Origin: Vermamoeba vermiformis
Taxonomy: Eukaryota
Direction: 5' to 3'
DNA: 46,247 nucleotides
Assembly (NCBI GenBank): GCA_045837725.1
Contig: JBEWZL010000296.1
Location: forward strand, 62,001-108,247
Shown: positions 11,701-25,025 of the stretch, one piece after another
Layout: the number at the start of each line of letters is the position of its first letter
Numbering within the stretch: the first letter of the stretch is position 1
Made by a program: the position numbers and the translations under genes
The notes under the pieces: model-generated
Told to the model about the DNA's origin: nothing
The model's input: the letters and a program-made list of their open reading frames with translations, nothing else
Databases searched by the model: none

Positions 11701-12767
11701 TCTATTAAAATTGCATCACCTATTAGCAGATCTTCCAACAAAAACTATTCGACTAATTTTTAAATATCTAAATAAATACCTACCGATAAATCAGATGTAA
11801 AATTCGTGACTACTCTAGGCCACTGTGCCATTCTTAAATGATAATTGAACCAACTCATCAAAATTTCTTCTGGCGGCAACTTGCTCGAATGAGACAATTC
11901 TGCGACTTGTTTCAATAAGCCGCTCTGTGCAATATATTAGCACCATACTATATAATGATGAACAACATAGTACGTACCTTGACGATTTGCCATAAGATAC
12001 CGAGAACCAAATGCGGCTTCAATTTAAAATTAATTATAAATTATTGGGGCCAGAAAAGGGCTTACAGTGCCTTGCAATAAATCCGTAGCGTCTAAATTAA
12101 CGATATTGCATCCAAATCGACCGGCAGCTTGCAAGAAAATCTTCAAATTATTAACGTTAAATAAATTCGATTGAATGACAGCCGTACAAACCTTATAATT
12201 TTCGATTTTTTCGAATTGAGCACGATTTTCATTAGCAAAACTTGTCTTAAATGGCTTTAAACCTTTGAATAAATGCGGAGCTATCGCATGTAACAGCCGG
12301 CTTTAAATTAATAAATATTAATTAACTAATACGGTTCACAAATCATCCGTTACGAACCATAATAATATGCCATCTTTCACTCGTTCAAATAGCTCGTCAT
12401 TTTCAGTGCTAATATTCACATCAGGCAGTACTGTATTAATAAAATCAACGAGACCTGAAAAAGATTTTGTTAGGGAATTTTGGAATTCACCAAATTGGGC
12501 ATAAACGAGCTAAATAGACTCTGTATCGATATAAAACAATTATTTATAGTGACATTTCGAATATTTGAATTATTTGGTAATTTTTTGCGATCTTGGTTGT
12601 AGAATTCACTTGCCTTTTGTTTCTGCGTCTGAAATATAGTGCTTTACAGTCATAGGACCATGAAGGTCAACCGAGCTACTTCTTAACGAGGGAGACGATC
12701 TGCCAGGCGAAACAGGCTGATCTTGATCCTCTTTCTTCGGTTGACGCGGCGTAAGTCTGTCAGACAT
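8750..12767 (-). CDS. Fimbrin-type CH-domain actin-binding protein with EF-hands, a long coiled coil and a C-terminal transmembrane helix
   Basis: Spliced N-terminus HYISDAETKGLVDFINTVL...LFERVKDGILLC, GCNIVNLDATDLLQG, LVLGILWQIV, PPEEILMSWFNYHL, LLNRAESMLANAEKIQCRKFVSAEDVVKG (plastin ABD). EF loop DSDDDGYITFDD. More than 400 aa of E/K/Q heptads (9240-10385 and flanking exons). Hydrophobic WFYFGVGCAAVSYFIIAPLIF, then about 60 aa to TAA at 8750. Confidence 0.85.
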
Positions 12768-12924
12768 GATATTAAATTATTTTTTCGTCAAGAATTGTGC
12801 CGTCATGAATTTATGAATAATAAAAGAATAAATTGGGATACATTTAATTTTTGGGCGGGCCGTTTGACTTATTATTTTTTACACAAATGCAACGTTAACA
12901 TAATAGAAGGCACATTGCAATATC

Positions 12925-14992
12925 ATGACAACTAAATTCAGCGACGATATTGGTAAATTAAGGAGCCCGACTTCAATGTCGTTGGATTTAGATGCAGAGG
13001 ACACAGTTTACAAACAAATTCAGCAAGCATTCATTACCACCGCTACACAATTAGTAGGCATGGCCGTTGCGTTACTGCTGTATTGGAACTATGTAAGAGT
13101 CAGATCCAAATAATTTTGTGACGTCGATCGTTGACAAACAAAATTAACGTAATTGGCTTAGCGATAATTTATGACACTATACTTTTTTACCGATGGTATT
13201 TATTCATATTTATTCAATTAAAATTGTTCGTGAATTAACGGATCTGGTTACTGAATTCCATTTTTTCAACAGGTCATGCTCAAGCCATATTTAACGCCAT
13301 TTTTCTGGGCACTTACATTCTGCATCGTATTATATAAGCCCCGACAAGCCGTCATTAATTTCCTCAAGCCACTAAGCAAGTTCGAGATAGATCCGCAAAA
13401 TGACAGCTACAAATTGCGCGTGATTGCCAAAGCGAGTTTCTTCATCGAAAGAATTGCTCATCCATTGAAGAATTTTAATATGGTCTTTTTTGTATTTTTA
13501 GTGCTCGGATACATCTTCTGTGGTAAGTTAATTCTTTCTATTTTCAGAATTGATTGAATACGGATCTGATTTTCTAACGATGAATTTGCAGCTTATATTG
13601 GCTTCTACTTCTCCATTCCTATATTTTGGATGCTTGGCTTGCCGTTATTTATATTTGCTACGAGTATTTTGACATTAACTCTGTGTAGCTCAAAATTCCA
13701 TGGCACGCTCGTGGCAGTATGGCAAGTAAAACCCTTTTAAATAATATAATTATACTAACACGATTAATATATAGGTTCTTATTATTTTTGTGCGTCGGAG
13801 CGATATTATTGTTCCACTTTTTTGTTACGAAGTCAACTGAGGAAGGCTGGATGTTCATTGAGGCGGTCAAAGACGTGCTTCAAGACCCAAATTTGCAGAC
13901 TAAATTAACTGAATATGGATTTACATCGCAATTTGTCAAGGATCGCGTGCAAGACGGCCAAGTAAGGAAAAACTATTGATCCTTGATCCGAAAAATAGTT
14001 TAATTATTTTTGTAGTATTATTTAGATAGTTGGCTACAATCTAACAACGTTAATCTTACGAGCATTACAACTATATACGATTTAGTCAGCAGACCAGCGG
14101 GCCTCAATGTTTCAATAGTCAACAGCATGCAAAAAGATCATTGGCAATTTTTGCAATCGTTGCTAAAAATAGACACAACACCAGTACGAAGAGTCGGAAC
14201 ATTTTTCCTGCAAACAGGATTTGGTTTCATATGGGTCATGGGCAGCTTTTTTGGATCATTTTACAACTTTGTGACGTACCTCTTAGTATTCCTGGCCTGC
14301 TTATTCTACTTGCTCCAAAGCGAGACGTTTTTCATCGAGTATATTGCAGCTATTTTGCCTATTCACTCGCAAAGCAAAACGAACTTCATCGACACTCTGA
14401 CCAAATCCATCAACGGCATTTTCGTTGGATCTTTCTTGGTCTGCATATCTCATGGCTTAGTTACCTACTTGTTCTTCTGGCTATTGGATCTCAACTATAT
14501 TTACGTCGCTACATTCATCACTGCATTCACAGCCTTGTTCCCATTCGTGTCGAGCAGTCTTATCTTCGTGCCTGTACTGTTCGGTCTAAGGCTCAAAGAG
14601 AACCCGTTTTGGTGGTACTACGTCGCAGCCTATGCCTCCTCACAATTCTTCCTATTGTGGATCTTGGAACCATTCATCTATCGAAGAATTCCCGCGTCAC
14701 ATCCGTACCTGACGGGTATTGCCATCGTGCTTGGTTGGTCAGGTACGCCATTAAATTTCTTCTAATATAACCACTAATATTATTTATAGCGTTTGGCTTC
14801 GAAGGAGTGTTTCTTGGACCAATGCTTATTGTGTTTACGATTACCGCGTACGATCTGTTCCAAAGCAACAAGAATATTGCGCTAAATACCTCAAGAAGCC
14901 GGCGCAAGAAGCGAAGAACATCAGGACGGTATTATGGTCTTAGTCCTAGCACGACAACAAGCATGGATCACCACATTGAATCAAAATTATAA
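12925..14992 (+). CDS. TMEM245-like / AI-2E (PerM) family multipass membrane protein
   Basis: KQIQQAF...MLKPYLTPFFWAL at the N-terminus. Also LFYLL, FTALFPFV and the C-terminal HPYLTGIAIVLGWS|AFGFEGVFLGPML motif typical of this family. Confidence 0.8.
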
Positions 14993-15492
14993 TTTCAAAA
15001 CCTTGTACATAATAACACAACAAAGAACTTACAAAATTGGAATATTTGTTCGGTTGTTTATCGGGAGACCGGTATGAACAATGTCAGCGAGATTTCTGCG
15101 ATGCAGTAAAAAACAACGGTCAAATCTGATGTTGATCAGCTTGGTTGATCGGGTAATTTAATTAATTTACAATCATAGTAATTATATTTGTGTTCGTGGC
15201 AATAGAACACTATAAAGAGATTCGTTTAATTAATTTTTGGTCAATTTTTATCGAATTTTCTACCGAATTACCGAATCTGCTTCAAATAATTCTCGTCTAA
15301 AACGTGCACCTGACGTGTGATTAATTATAATTTTAACCGCATTTTCGCGGGGTATTAAAATTTCGCAGCTCGTTAAAAGCAACCGGCCACTTTTCAATAA
15401 TCTTTACTCGCATTTCCTAACAGCCGTTGTATTTAACGCGAACTCCTCATTTTTTTATTTTGAATCAACTTTTGTAAATACAACGCCACAAT

Positions 15493-18400
15493 ATGAAGAA
15501 ATTATATTTATTTTTAGCGCTAGTACTATTTTCTAGCGCGATCTCCAATGTACGATGCGTCGACATTGAAGATCTGCTTTCAAAAATGTCTTTAAGAGAA
15601 AAAATTGGTCAGATGACTCAAGTAAGTATCTATCCTATACTATGTAGGAACCATATCACTGAACAATTTATCAGATCGCAGCTATTGTAATGTACCCCGA
15701 TGGAATTACCGTAGATCCGGGCATGGTCCGACAAGCTATCCAAACTTATGGCGTAGGCTCGATATATAATCACTACTACTTTGTCTCGTCACGAGGAACA
15801 GGTACGTCTCATCGTCCTTAGATTCTTTCGAAACGCACACATCTAGTTCGGAAAATTAATTTCAAATTTTTTATTTTTAGGCAATAGTGCTTGGACTATT
15901 GACGAGTGGCGTGATTTCACGGACATGTTGCAAGACATCGCCACGAACTCGACGGCCAATAAGATACCACTCATCTACGGTGTCGATGCTATTAACGGCG
16001 CTTCGTTTATTAAAAACGCAACGATATTTCCGCACGTAAGTGTTGGGCCAGATCTCGACGAAATTATTTCCCGAATTTGCAAAGTCTTATTGTCGGCTAA
16101 TATCACTATGCATAGAACTACGGTCTGGCTGCTACTTGGAATCTAGATCTGGCTCGTCAAGCCGCTTTCATTACCGCTAAAGATTGCCGAACTGTTGGCA
16201 TCAATTGGAGTTTTGCACCGACCGCGGATGTCGCCGTGCAACCTAACTGGGGTCGATTCTACGAGACTGTAAGTAACCACATCTCCTATAATTAGTCAAG
16301 ACTAGTCTAATGTCTGATTCAAAAGTTCGGAGACGATCCGGTTTTGATCTCGGAAATGGTCCGCGCCTCCATTCGAGGAGCGCAACAAAGCGACAACACG
16401 AACAAATTGTTCTGCAGACCTGAAGGCTCGAGCAATTATATGATGGCTTCTTGCGGCAAACACTTTATTGGCTACAGTCAACCTGACGGCGGATACGACA
16501 GAAGAAACGCAACGGTAAGTGTCAAAAACAGTATGACACGTGTCAAATATTCATTTGTCGGTCTTAGATTGCCGATTGGATGTTGGAGCGTTATCACTAT
16601 CCTCCCTTCCAAGTCGCCGTTGCTGAAAATGTAACGACGATGATGCTCAACTCCGTCGAATTCAACGGCACGCCCGTGCACATCAACAAAGCCTTGGTGA
16701 CTGATTTATTGAAGAACTCGTGGAATTTCCACGGATTTGTCGTGAGCGACTATCAATCGCTGTTGCAACTCACCATCAAGTACGACATTCCTTCGTACCG
16801 CGAGGCGATTCGATTGGCTATTTTGGCTGGTCTAGACATGTACATGGTGCCCTTGGACTTCTCCTTCGTTGATATTTTATACGACTTGGTGATGAACAAA
16901 GAGGTGCCAGAAGAATTGATCACCGATAGCGCGAGAAGAATTTTGACCGTGAAACAGAAACTCGGTTTGTTCGAGAACCCCTACACGTACCCCGACAACG
17001 TGTAAGTATATTGCTTGCATTATTCGAGCTATATAGCTAATTTATGTGTGTAGTCAAACTATTGGATCTGACGAGGACTTGCAAGTCGCGATGGACATTG
17101 CTCGTGAAGGCATTACGCTGTTGAAGAACGAGAATAACGCACTGCCACTCAAGGACGTCACCAAGGTGCTCGTGACAGGTCCAGCAAGCAACTCACTCAT
17201 GTGGCAGTCAGGCGCGTGGGTGTTCCATTGGCAAGGCGCTGAAAATGACGGCGAGTTCGATGGCCGTGGCAAGACTATCCTTGGTGCCGTGCAAGACACC
17301 TACGGTGCGGATAATGTCATTTGGGGCCTCGGAACTACTTACGATGCCCCTGTTGATGCTCAAAACTTGGTCGCGCAAGCTGGTCAAGTGGATGTGGTCA
17401 TTGTCGCTATTGGCGAACCTCCTGGTGCTGAAATGAGAAACGATATCGACGACTTGTAAGTAATACTACTCACGCATATTAATAATGCTTATTAATATTG
17501 TTTAGGCATTTCCCTGAAGCTCAGATCAACTTCGTCAATGACTTGGCTGCAGTGGCGAAGAAAATCGTTTTGGTTGTCGTAGCTGGTCGTCCTCGTTTGT
17601 TCCCTTCAGTCATTGACAAGGTCGATGCCATTCTCTACGCGTACTTGCCTGGTCCATGTAAGATTTATTTTGAATCCGCGGCGCGCGGCGAGGAAAAAGA
17701 GATTTCTAACTTTTTCTTTTAAATAGACGGCGGCGCCGTAATCACCGAAATTTTGACTGGAGCTACTAACCCGTAAGTTCTATTACTCGAAAATACCTTC
17801 GGAAATTCAAATAATTAATTACATGTCCCTAGATCTGGACGTTTGTCCTTTGCCTATCCAACCGCTAATGCCCAATTGTCTTACCAATACGGACAATACA
17901 AGCACGATGTTCAATGGGAGCGTGGCTTTGGCTTGTCATACACGACATTCTCGTACAGCAATCTGCAGCTCTCCGCCGACAAGATCTATGTAAGTTCATT
18001 CGCAGTACGAAAAACAATTCACATTTTTTAATTTTGCTTCACACCACAGAACAACGAGCAGATTCGTATTGCGATCGATGTCACGAATAATGGTACTGTT
18101 GATGGAAAAGAAGTCGTTCGTTTGAACTTTGCGGATCTGTTCAATTTTCCAGGTGAGGAATACTTGTTTATGCTCAAAAAATTCAGCAAAATCTCTTTGA
18201 AAGCTGGTAAGTATGACAATATTCAGCTCTTTCTATGTATAATCTTACGGTATCCTTTCAGGCGAAACTCAGACTGTCGAATTCTTGATCGCGCCATCCG
18301 ATCTGATCCACGCTGACACCGCTGATAGAATGAAACAAGGCGTAACTGTTAAGTTTAATATCAACGAGCAAATCACTGGTGATTTCCAGTTTATTGACCA

Positions 18401-18667
18401 ACAAACAACGGATCCGTAAGTAGATTTCTCTATTCGGCCCGCTCGTCGAACGGAAAAATAAGAGATCTAACCGCAATAATATTTAGAACTCCATTGCCTG
18501 ATATTTTAACACCCTCGACAACGCATGCACCTTCACCTTCTTCATCACCGAGTGTTGTCCTGACACCGATCGACGATCAGATCCGCAACAATGACAGTTC
18601 AGCGAGCAATTTAGCTGCTGGCCTGATCTTATTGCTGACATTGCTTAGCACTGTACTTTTAGCTTAG
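15493..18667 (+). CDS. Secreted GH3 beta-glucosidase with Fn3-like domain and a putative GPI-anchor signal
   Basis: Signal peptide MKKLYLFLALVLFSSAIS. Motifs MSLREKIGQMTQ, IPLIYGVDAING, WGRFYET|FGDDP, KHF, nucleophile GFVVSDY and ITLLKN. Last exon is P/S/T-rich and ends DSSASNLAAGLILLLTLLSTVLLA*. Confidence 0.93.
16534..16545. repeat. Palindrome TGACACGTGTCA (GH3 intron 16515-16567)
   Basis: Exact match, preceded by GTGTCAAAAA. Confidence 0.95.
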
Positions 18668-18768
18668 AGTAGACTAGTTTAAGATATTGCCTTATCTGGA
18701 ATTGTCACGGCCCGTGCAAACACGGAGGCGGAGATTAAATCGATTCCGACTCCGTTAATTAAGCCAGG

Positions 18769-18776
18769 TATAAAAG
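18769..18776 (+). promoter_or_regulatory. Candidate TATA box of the P450 gene
   Basis: TATAAAAG about 55-60 nt upstream of ATG 18831, in a 160-nt intergenic gap. Confidence 0.5.
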
Positions 18777-18830
18777 CGTTCTGTGAACGCAGTTTAAATT
18801 TTGTAAGTTTAATAAACACCACAACTCAAC

Positions 18831-20804
18831 ATGTTAATATCAATTGGTGTCGTATTTGCCTTGGTTGGCATGTCAATCGTGCTGCTTCTCCTCGATCGAC
18901 TTCGATCCAGAATGGTAAACAGATTTGACATTAGAATTAATTGCAATAAAATATTAATTATTATGCTATCTCAGCGCCGAATGGAGAAACTGCTTGGACA
19001 CTTGCCCGGTCCCAAGCCGAATCCAATTTTCGGACACTTCTTCGAGCTTGTTAAAAAGAAGGCTTATGCTAAGGCATTTGATCAATTTATTCCACAATAT
19101 GGCGATATTGTAAGTTATTTTATTTGACTTTGTGACCCTTCGTAATCCGGATCTAATCCAACGGCAGTTCGCTTTCTACGGTTTCTCTCCGGAGGTTGTG
19201 CTCAACAACCCCGAATATATCAAGACTATGTACCTCGCTTCCAACGAGCGCGGAACTGAGTTGGTAAAACCCATCATTGAAACAGCAGGAAGTACGGCAA
19301 CACATTTAATTTGTCATCCCAATAATATAATAATTCAATTAATAGTTGATGGTATCTTCACCATGTCGCATAATGATAAATGGAAATTCCACCGTCGTCT
19401 GATTTCTCCGAGTAAGTCGCACTACGATACACGAAGATTCAATGTGACATTTTTGACACTTTGACACCATTGCAGTCTTCCAAGCCTCGAACTTGCAAAA
19501 AACCGATTGGATTATGATCGAAAAGGTCGAGAAGCTGATCCAACGATGGAAGTCATTAGCGAAAGCCAACGGCGGTCAAGTCGAGCTCCGTTCTCTCGTC
19601 GAGTTCCAAAACTTGACAGTGGACGCTATTGGCCAAGCTGCCTTCGGTTACGACTTTAACTGTAAGTATTAATCTGGCGTAATGAATATTTATGGATGAC
19701 TAATCCTGAACTCCATTTAGCCATCAATGGTAACAACTCCGACTTGGTCAAGGCTTTCGATTTGATTTTGAACAACGCTGGTGAACGTATTAAGTACGGT
19801 CTTGTGCCTTACTGGCGCTGGCTCCCGTTCTTGCCCGTGAACGGTCAGCTGAAGAAAGCCAGAGAGCTCGTGCAAACTACTATCTCCCAAATGATTGATA
19901 CCAAGTTCGAAAACTACAAGAAACAAAAGGCTGAAGGCAAATTGAGCGACGAGAGACTCGATTTGATGGATCTGTTGTTGCGTGCCTCGCAAGAAAACGA
20001 TGAAGGAAAATTCTCCACTGATGATTTGTACGCTGAATGCTTCACTTTCGCGTAAGTAGTTCTCCTTGAACATTTGACACGTGTCATCAAGTCGCTAATA
20101 TCAACCATTCTTTAGCGTCGCTGGTAACGAAACTAGCGCTATTTCTTTGACTTTCTTGTTCAACTTGCTCGGTAACAACCACGCAGAACAACAAAAGGTT
20201 CGTGCCACTCAATTAACTTACTATATACAACATATTAACGTATGCCCTTATAGCTCCGCGATGAAGTTAACAAGGCTATTGGCACCAAGACTCCCACCAT
20301 TCAAGAGCTCAACGAAATTTCGTACTTGGACATGTGCATCAAGGAGGCCTTGAGAATCTACCCCGTCGCGTACATGAACAGACGTGAAGTGCAAGAAGAC
20401 CTGAAGATCGGTGGTTACCTCGTTCCTAAAGGCACTTCATTGCTGTACTCTGCCAACTACATCAACAACGACGAACGATACTGGAAAGAGCCTAGAAAGT
20501 TCAACCCTGAGCGATTCTCGAAGGATGAAGAAGAAAAGAGACCTATGCACGCATTCACGCCATTCGGTGGTGGGTAAGTTCCGAAATTTTATCAATTTTA
20601 TCTTCTTTCTAAATTTGTCGTTTTAGTTTGCGTGTCTGCGTCGGAAAAACTTTCGCATTGACTGAAATGAAATTCGCTACTGCTATGCTGATCAGAGACT
20701 TCCAATTCGACTCAACCAAGTGGGGCTTGACCGACACATCTGAACAATTCGTGTTGAGACCTGCCACTGTTTGCCCGTTCATTGTAAAACCAATCAATAA
20801 CTAA
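18831..20804 (+). CDS. Cytochrome P450 (ER-anchored, CYP4-clan-like)
   Basis: N-terminal TM, hinge LPGPKPNPIFGH, WKFHRR, I-helix AGNETS, EALR, PERF and heme motif PFGGG|LRVCVG. Confidence 0.95.
20075..20086. repeat. Palindrome TGACACGTGTCA (P450 intron 20052-20115)
   Basis: Exact match. Confidence 0.95.
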
Positions 20805-20946
20805 ATATCCTCATGTAAAAAATGCAACTATTTGCAATAAAATCGCGTTATTTATTTCATCCGGAATAAACTTGGCCCGAATTCTATGGCAGAAAACTTG
20901 TTCTCCGCCCAATTCAGTCTATCATATTTTTTATTGAAGCATCACC

Positions 20947-23900
20947 ATGGGAGCCAAGACAATTATATTGCCTCTGCTCTCGGGCTTGGCTATCTATGCC
21001 GTTCTCATAGCTTCCTTAATGAAATCCGTTCCTTTGGACTCAAGAAATAGCTTTGACTTGGCCGTGGTACGTGAAAAATATGATAATATGTAATCACAAT
21101 AAAAATATGAATAATCAAGTAAATGGAGAACCACTAGTGAAGAAAAAGTTTTTTTAATATTAAATAGCACTAAATATTATTTTATTATTTAGATGCAAGT
21201 TCAAAAATTGGCAGATCTTGCTGGTGCTGTTAAATTATTGAAAACTATTGGTGTATTTTTGGACGCAAGAAAATATCACGATCTGCCATCAAATTTTACT
21301 TTGCCGGGCTTAAAATCAACTGTAGACTTGTACACAGATGAGTAAGTATTAATCATCAATAAGATAATGCCTTTTGACACCTACCAAGATTTGGAGTGCC
21401 GCACATCTACGCCAAAAACACGCACGATCTGTACATGGCGTTTGGCTACATTCAAGCCCGTGATCGAATATGGCAAATGGAATTTCTTAGACTATTATCA
21501 ACAGGTACACGATGGATTTCTATTTAAGTATTATTAGAGACAAAATTTTTTTCTCGTATTAACGGATGTACCTTTCAAGGCCAATTGAGTTCCGTGTTGG
21601 GTCCTAAAACCTTGACTATGGACCGTGTGTTTAGAACTCTCGGTCTCGCTTGGCGTGCTAAGAACGATATTGACGTCTTGCAGAAAAAATACGTGCAGAG
21701 AATTGAAGCATTCGCGGCAGGTACAAAAATTAATCAAATTAAACTAAATTCATAACATTATTATACGCTGTATTCAGTATTAATATGATCGATAGGTATC
21801 AACGAGTTTTTGAAGACCGAGCAATTGCCGCTCGAGTTTTTATTGTTGGGTCATAAACCAAAACCTTTTACGCCTCAAGACGTTGCTGCTTGTGGTAGAT
21901 CGAGTAAGTTATTTGCAAATACACTGTAATTACCAATATTCAAACAATTTTATCGATATATTGAAATTTCAATATTCATCTTAAATTTTTATGATTAAAA
22001 CAATTATTTCGTACTATTATCAATTAATATTAATGTAAATATGATTGTTATAGTCGGGTGGATATTAGGCGTCGGAGATCAAGTTGAAATTGTTCGTCAA
22101 CTTCAAAATGAAACTTTGAACGCGGATGTGATCGAAGCAATTAGAGCTATTTATCCGGACTATCATCCTACTACTATCACCGAGAAACACGAGTTCAATC
22201 CTATTCTCGAGCACGGCATTGATATTAATTCTTTGTTGCCTCCCTACACGAGAGCGAAAGGCGCCAGCAACAGCTGGGCGTTGAATGGCAAATTAACCGC
22301 TTCGGGCAAACCAATCTTGGCTAGCGATCCTCATTTGCGTAAGTAACAATTACTGAATATTACTATTACACTTCATTTGCTTTATTATTGGGAACTGTAA
22401 CGTACTTCCGAAAAAGGAAATCAATTCTATGTTTATTTTTATGCGCAAATTTTCAGCGCTAGCTACCATTGTAATTATATATACCCTTATTATTATTTGA
22501 ATTTTAATGAACGGTTTCTTGATTATTAACGTTTTAAATTTCGGATCTGATTTTTTATTGTTAGTTCAAACCACGCCTGGTCAATGGTACTTAGTGCATC
22601 TCGTAAACGAAGACCCTAAAGAGCCTATTAACGTCATCGGTGCGAGCACGGGTGCTTCTCCGATCGTGGGTATTGGTCATAACGACAAGATTGGGTGGGG
22701 AATTACCGTCTCTATGGTGGACACCAAGGACAATTTCATCGAAAAATTCTTCCACAACGGCACTTACGAGTACTTGGGCAAGGCAATGTCGCCCAGAATT
22801 CGCGAGGAGGTCATTCAAATTAAAGGTCAAGCACCGCACGTTGAAAAAGTTATCGAGGTAAGCAAAGCAAATACAAATTAACCGTTAATTATCAGTGTCT
22901 ATTATTTACTCAACATATTAGTATGCATAACTGGCCTAATATGATGGCTGCACAGCTTTAAATTGTTTCTTTATTAATGTTTTTTTTTCGGCGAATTTCT
23001 TCGGTTTATTTATTATTCTTCATGTAACTTACGTTCTCCTAATAGACAGTTCATGGCCCTATTATCTCCAACTTGTCTCCGTTCTACAACGAGAGTTTGA
23101 ATGCACGCACTGCTGGCGACGATCACTATTACGCCATTGCTTTTGCTTCAACGCTAACTGACGCTGTAAATACAATCAATTATATTTGATATGCTACATA
23201 TTAACCTCTATTAATAGGACCATTCAGTCGGTTTCCAAGGATTTTTTGAAATGAACGAAGCGCAAGACTGGGACTCGTGGGTCAACGGTCTTTCAAAACT
23301 CGATTACGTCTCGTTCAATTTTGTGTATTCGGACTTGAAGGGCAATATCGGCTATTATTTGAGCGGAAAAGTCCCGAGACGAGCGGATGTAAGTCCAAAA
23401 TGATTTTTTACCGCAGGATCTGACCGACTATTTTTAGAAAATGGACGGTATGTCTCCGATGCAAGGTTGGACTGGACTACATGATTGGCGCGGATATATT
23501 CCATTCGATGGTACGCATTAGAATAACCGAACTAGATCCGGTTCAAAAAAACAATGCTCATTTAATTTCTTAGAACATCCTTGGGCGTTGAATCCTAAAG
23601 ACAATTTTGTCGTGTCAGCGAATAACAAGATTGCCCCTTCAAACTTCAAGCATTACTTGGTAAGCTAGGCAATATACTTTTTGATGCAAATTCTGCCTGA
23701 AAACTGACCCTTTTTTCCATAATAGGGCAATTTATTTGCAAATGGAGTTCGTGCGAAAAGAATTCGCGATCAATTGAGCGGAAAAACAGGACTGACCGTG
23801 AATGACACGATGACACTTCAAAATGACGTGGTGTCGCAATGGGCCATTGAATTCACTGAATTGTTGCTCAAAGCTGTCGACGAGAGTCAATTGACTAATT

Positions 23901-24911
23901 TGGAAAAAGAAGCATTGCAGTTGTTGAAGAACTGGAACGGACTGATGGATCGAGATCTGGTCCAGCCCACCATCTACCAGGCCACTCGTCGTACGTTGAG
24001 TCGCAGTATTATCTTCCCACACGTCAATGCAAGTCTGCACTACATTATGTACGGTGTTAATTTGACACCTGTCTCAGCTCAGAGCGAGGTACGGAATGAC
24101 ACGTGTCAAAGTGTCAAAAAAACTTCGGTGTTTTAAAAAACTAACTACGATTGAATCTAGTTTATTGGCCACGACTCAGTGCGTATTGTCAAGTTGTTGC
24201 GATCACCTGATCTAGCTGTCGTAAGTACTTGCCTAATTAGGAAAGTACGAGCTAACCTTTTAATTTTCAGTGGAAGAAGTTCGGTGGTTACAAAACAGCT
24301 GTGACCAATGCCTTCAAGAACACAATTCGCGACTTGTCTAAATTCGTAAGTACTCGTAGAATTCTTGCAATGTTTGCACTGGCCACTGACTATCGATCAC
24401 GTGACAGTTCGGTGAAAATACTAACAAATGGACTTGGGGTACCGTGCACAAACTGAGCTTCGTGCACACCATGGCTGAAGTCAAGCCACTCGATAAAAGT
24501 AAGTTTTCATGAACCACTCGTTCACTGAAAAAAAACCAAACCTGAATTCCTGGCAGTTTTTGAAGTGGGTCCGTTCCCCATGTCCGGTGATGAAGACACC
24601 GTGGCCATGTGTTCAGTGCGCTATCAGACCACGTGGAATGATTTTTCCGCTCGTGGTGGCGCAGGGTACCGACAAATTCTCGATTTTAATAATTTCGACG
24701 AGTCTGTGTGGATTTCTGTCCCTGGCCAGTCTGGAAGAATTTCTAGCCCTCATCATCAGTACGTGCGCGATATTTCCTAATTTGGCAACTGAGACTAACA
24801 TCTTTTTTCAGCGATCAAATCGAGAGCTGGTACACCGGCAAATACAACAAGATGCTCTATTCTAAGGAGAAGATTGTAGCGTCAATGAAACACACCAAGA
24901 TTATGCCATAA
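20947..24911 (+). CDS. Penicillin acylase / acyl-homoserine-lactone acylase family Ntn hydrolase (peptidase S45)
   Basis: N-terminal signal or anchor. Motifs DE|FGVPHIYA, FGYIQARDRIWQME, autocatalytic GA-SNSW...SGKPILASDPHL, GHNDKIGWGIT, NFVYSDLKGNIGY, SANN and PGQSG. Confidence 0.93.
24097..24108. repeat. Palindrome TGACACGTGTCA (acylase intron 24089-24160)
   Basis: Exact match, followed by AAGTGTCAAAAA. Confidence 0.95.
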
Positions 24912-25025
24912 AAGGAAATATTTAATAATTTGAACCTAAAATACAAGTGTTTGAAACAGTGAATAAATAACACAATACGGAGTTATATGTGCAAATAAAT
25001 TAATGCAAAGCTTCGAGTGCAGCTT

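Noticed and set aside
18722-18755. Imperfect hairpin between the GH3 and P450 genes as a terminator or ncRNA
   Set aside because: It is a single short stem in a eukaryotic context with no supporting features.
12925-24911. Quorum-sensing interference cluster (AI-2E transporter plus AHL acylase)
   Set aside because: The transporter looks like the widespread eukaryotic TMEM245 type, the family name does not imply AI-2 transport, and the acylase substrate is unknown.
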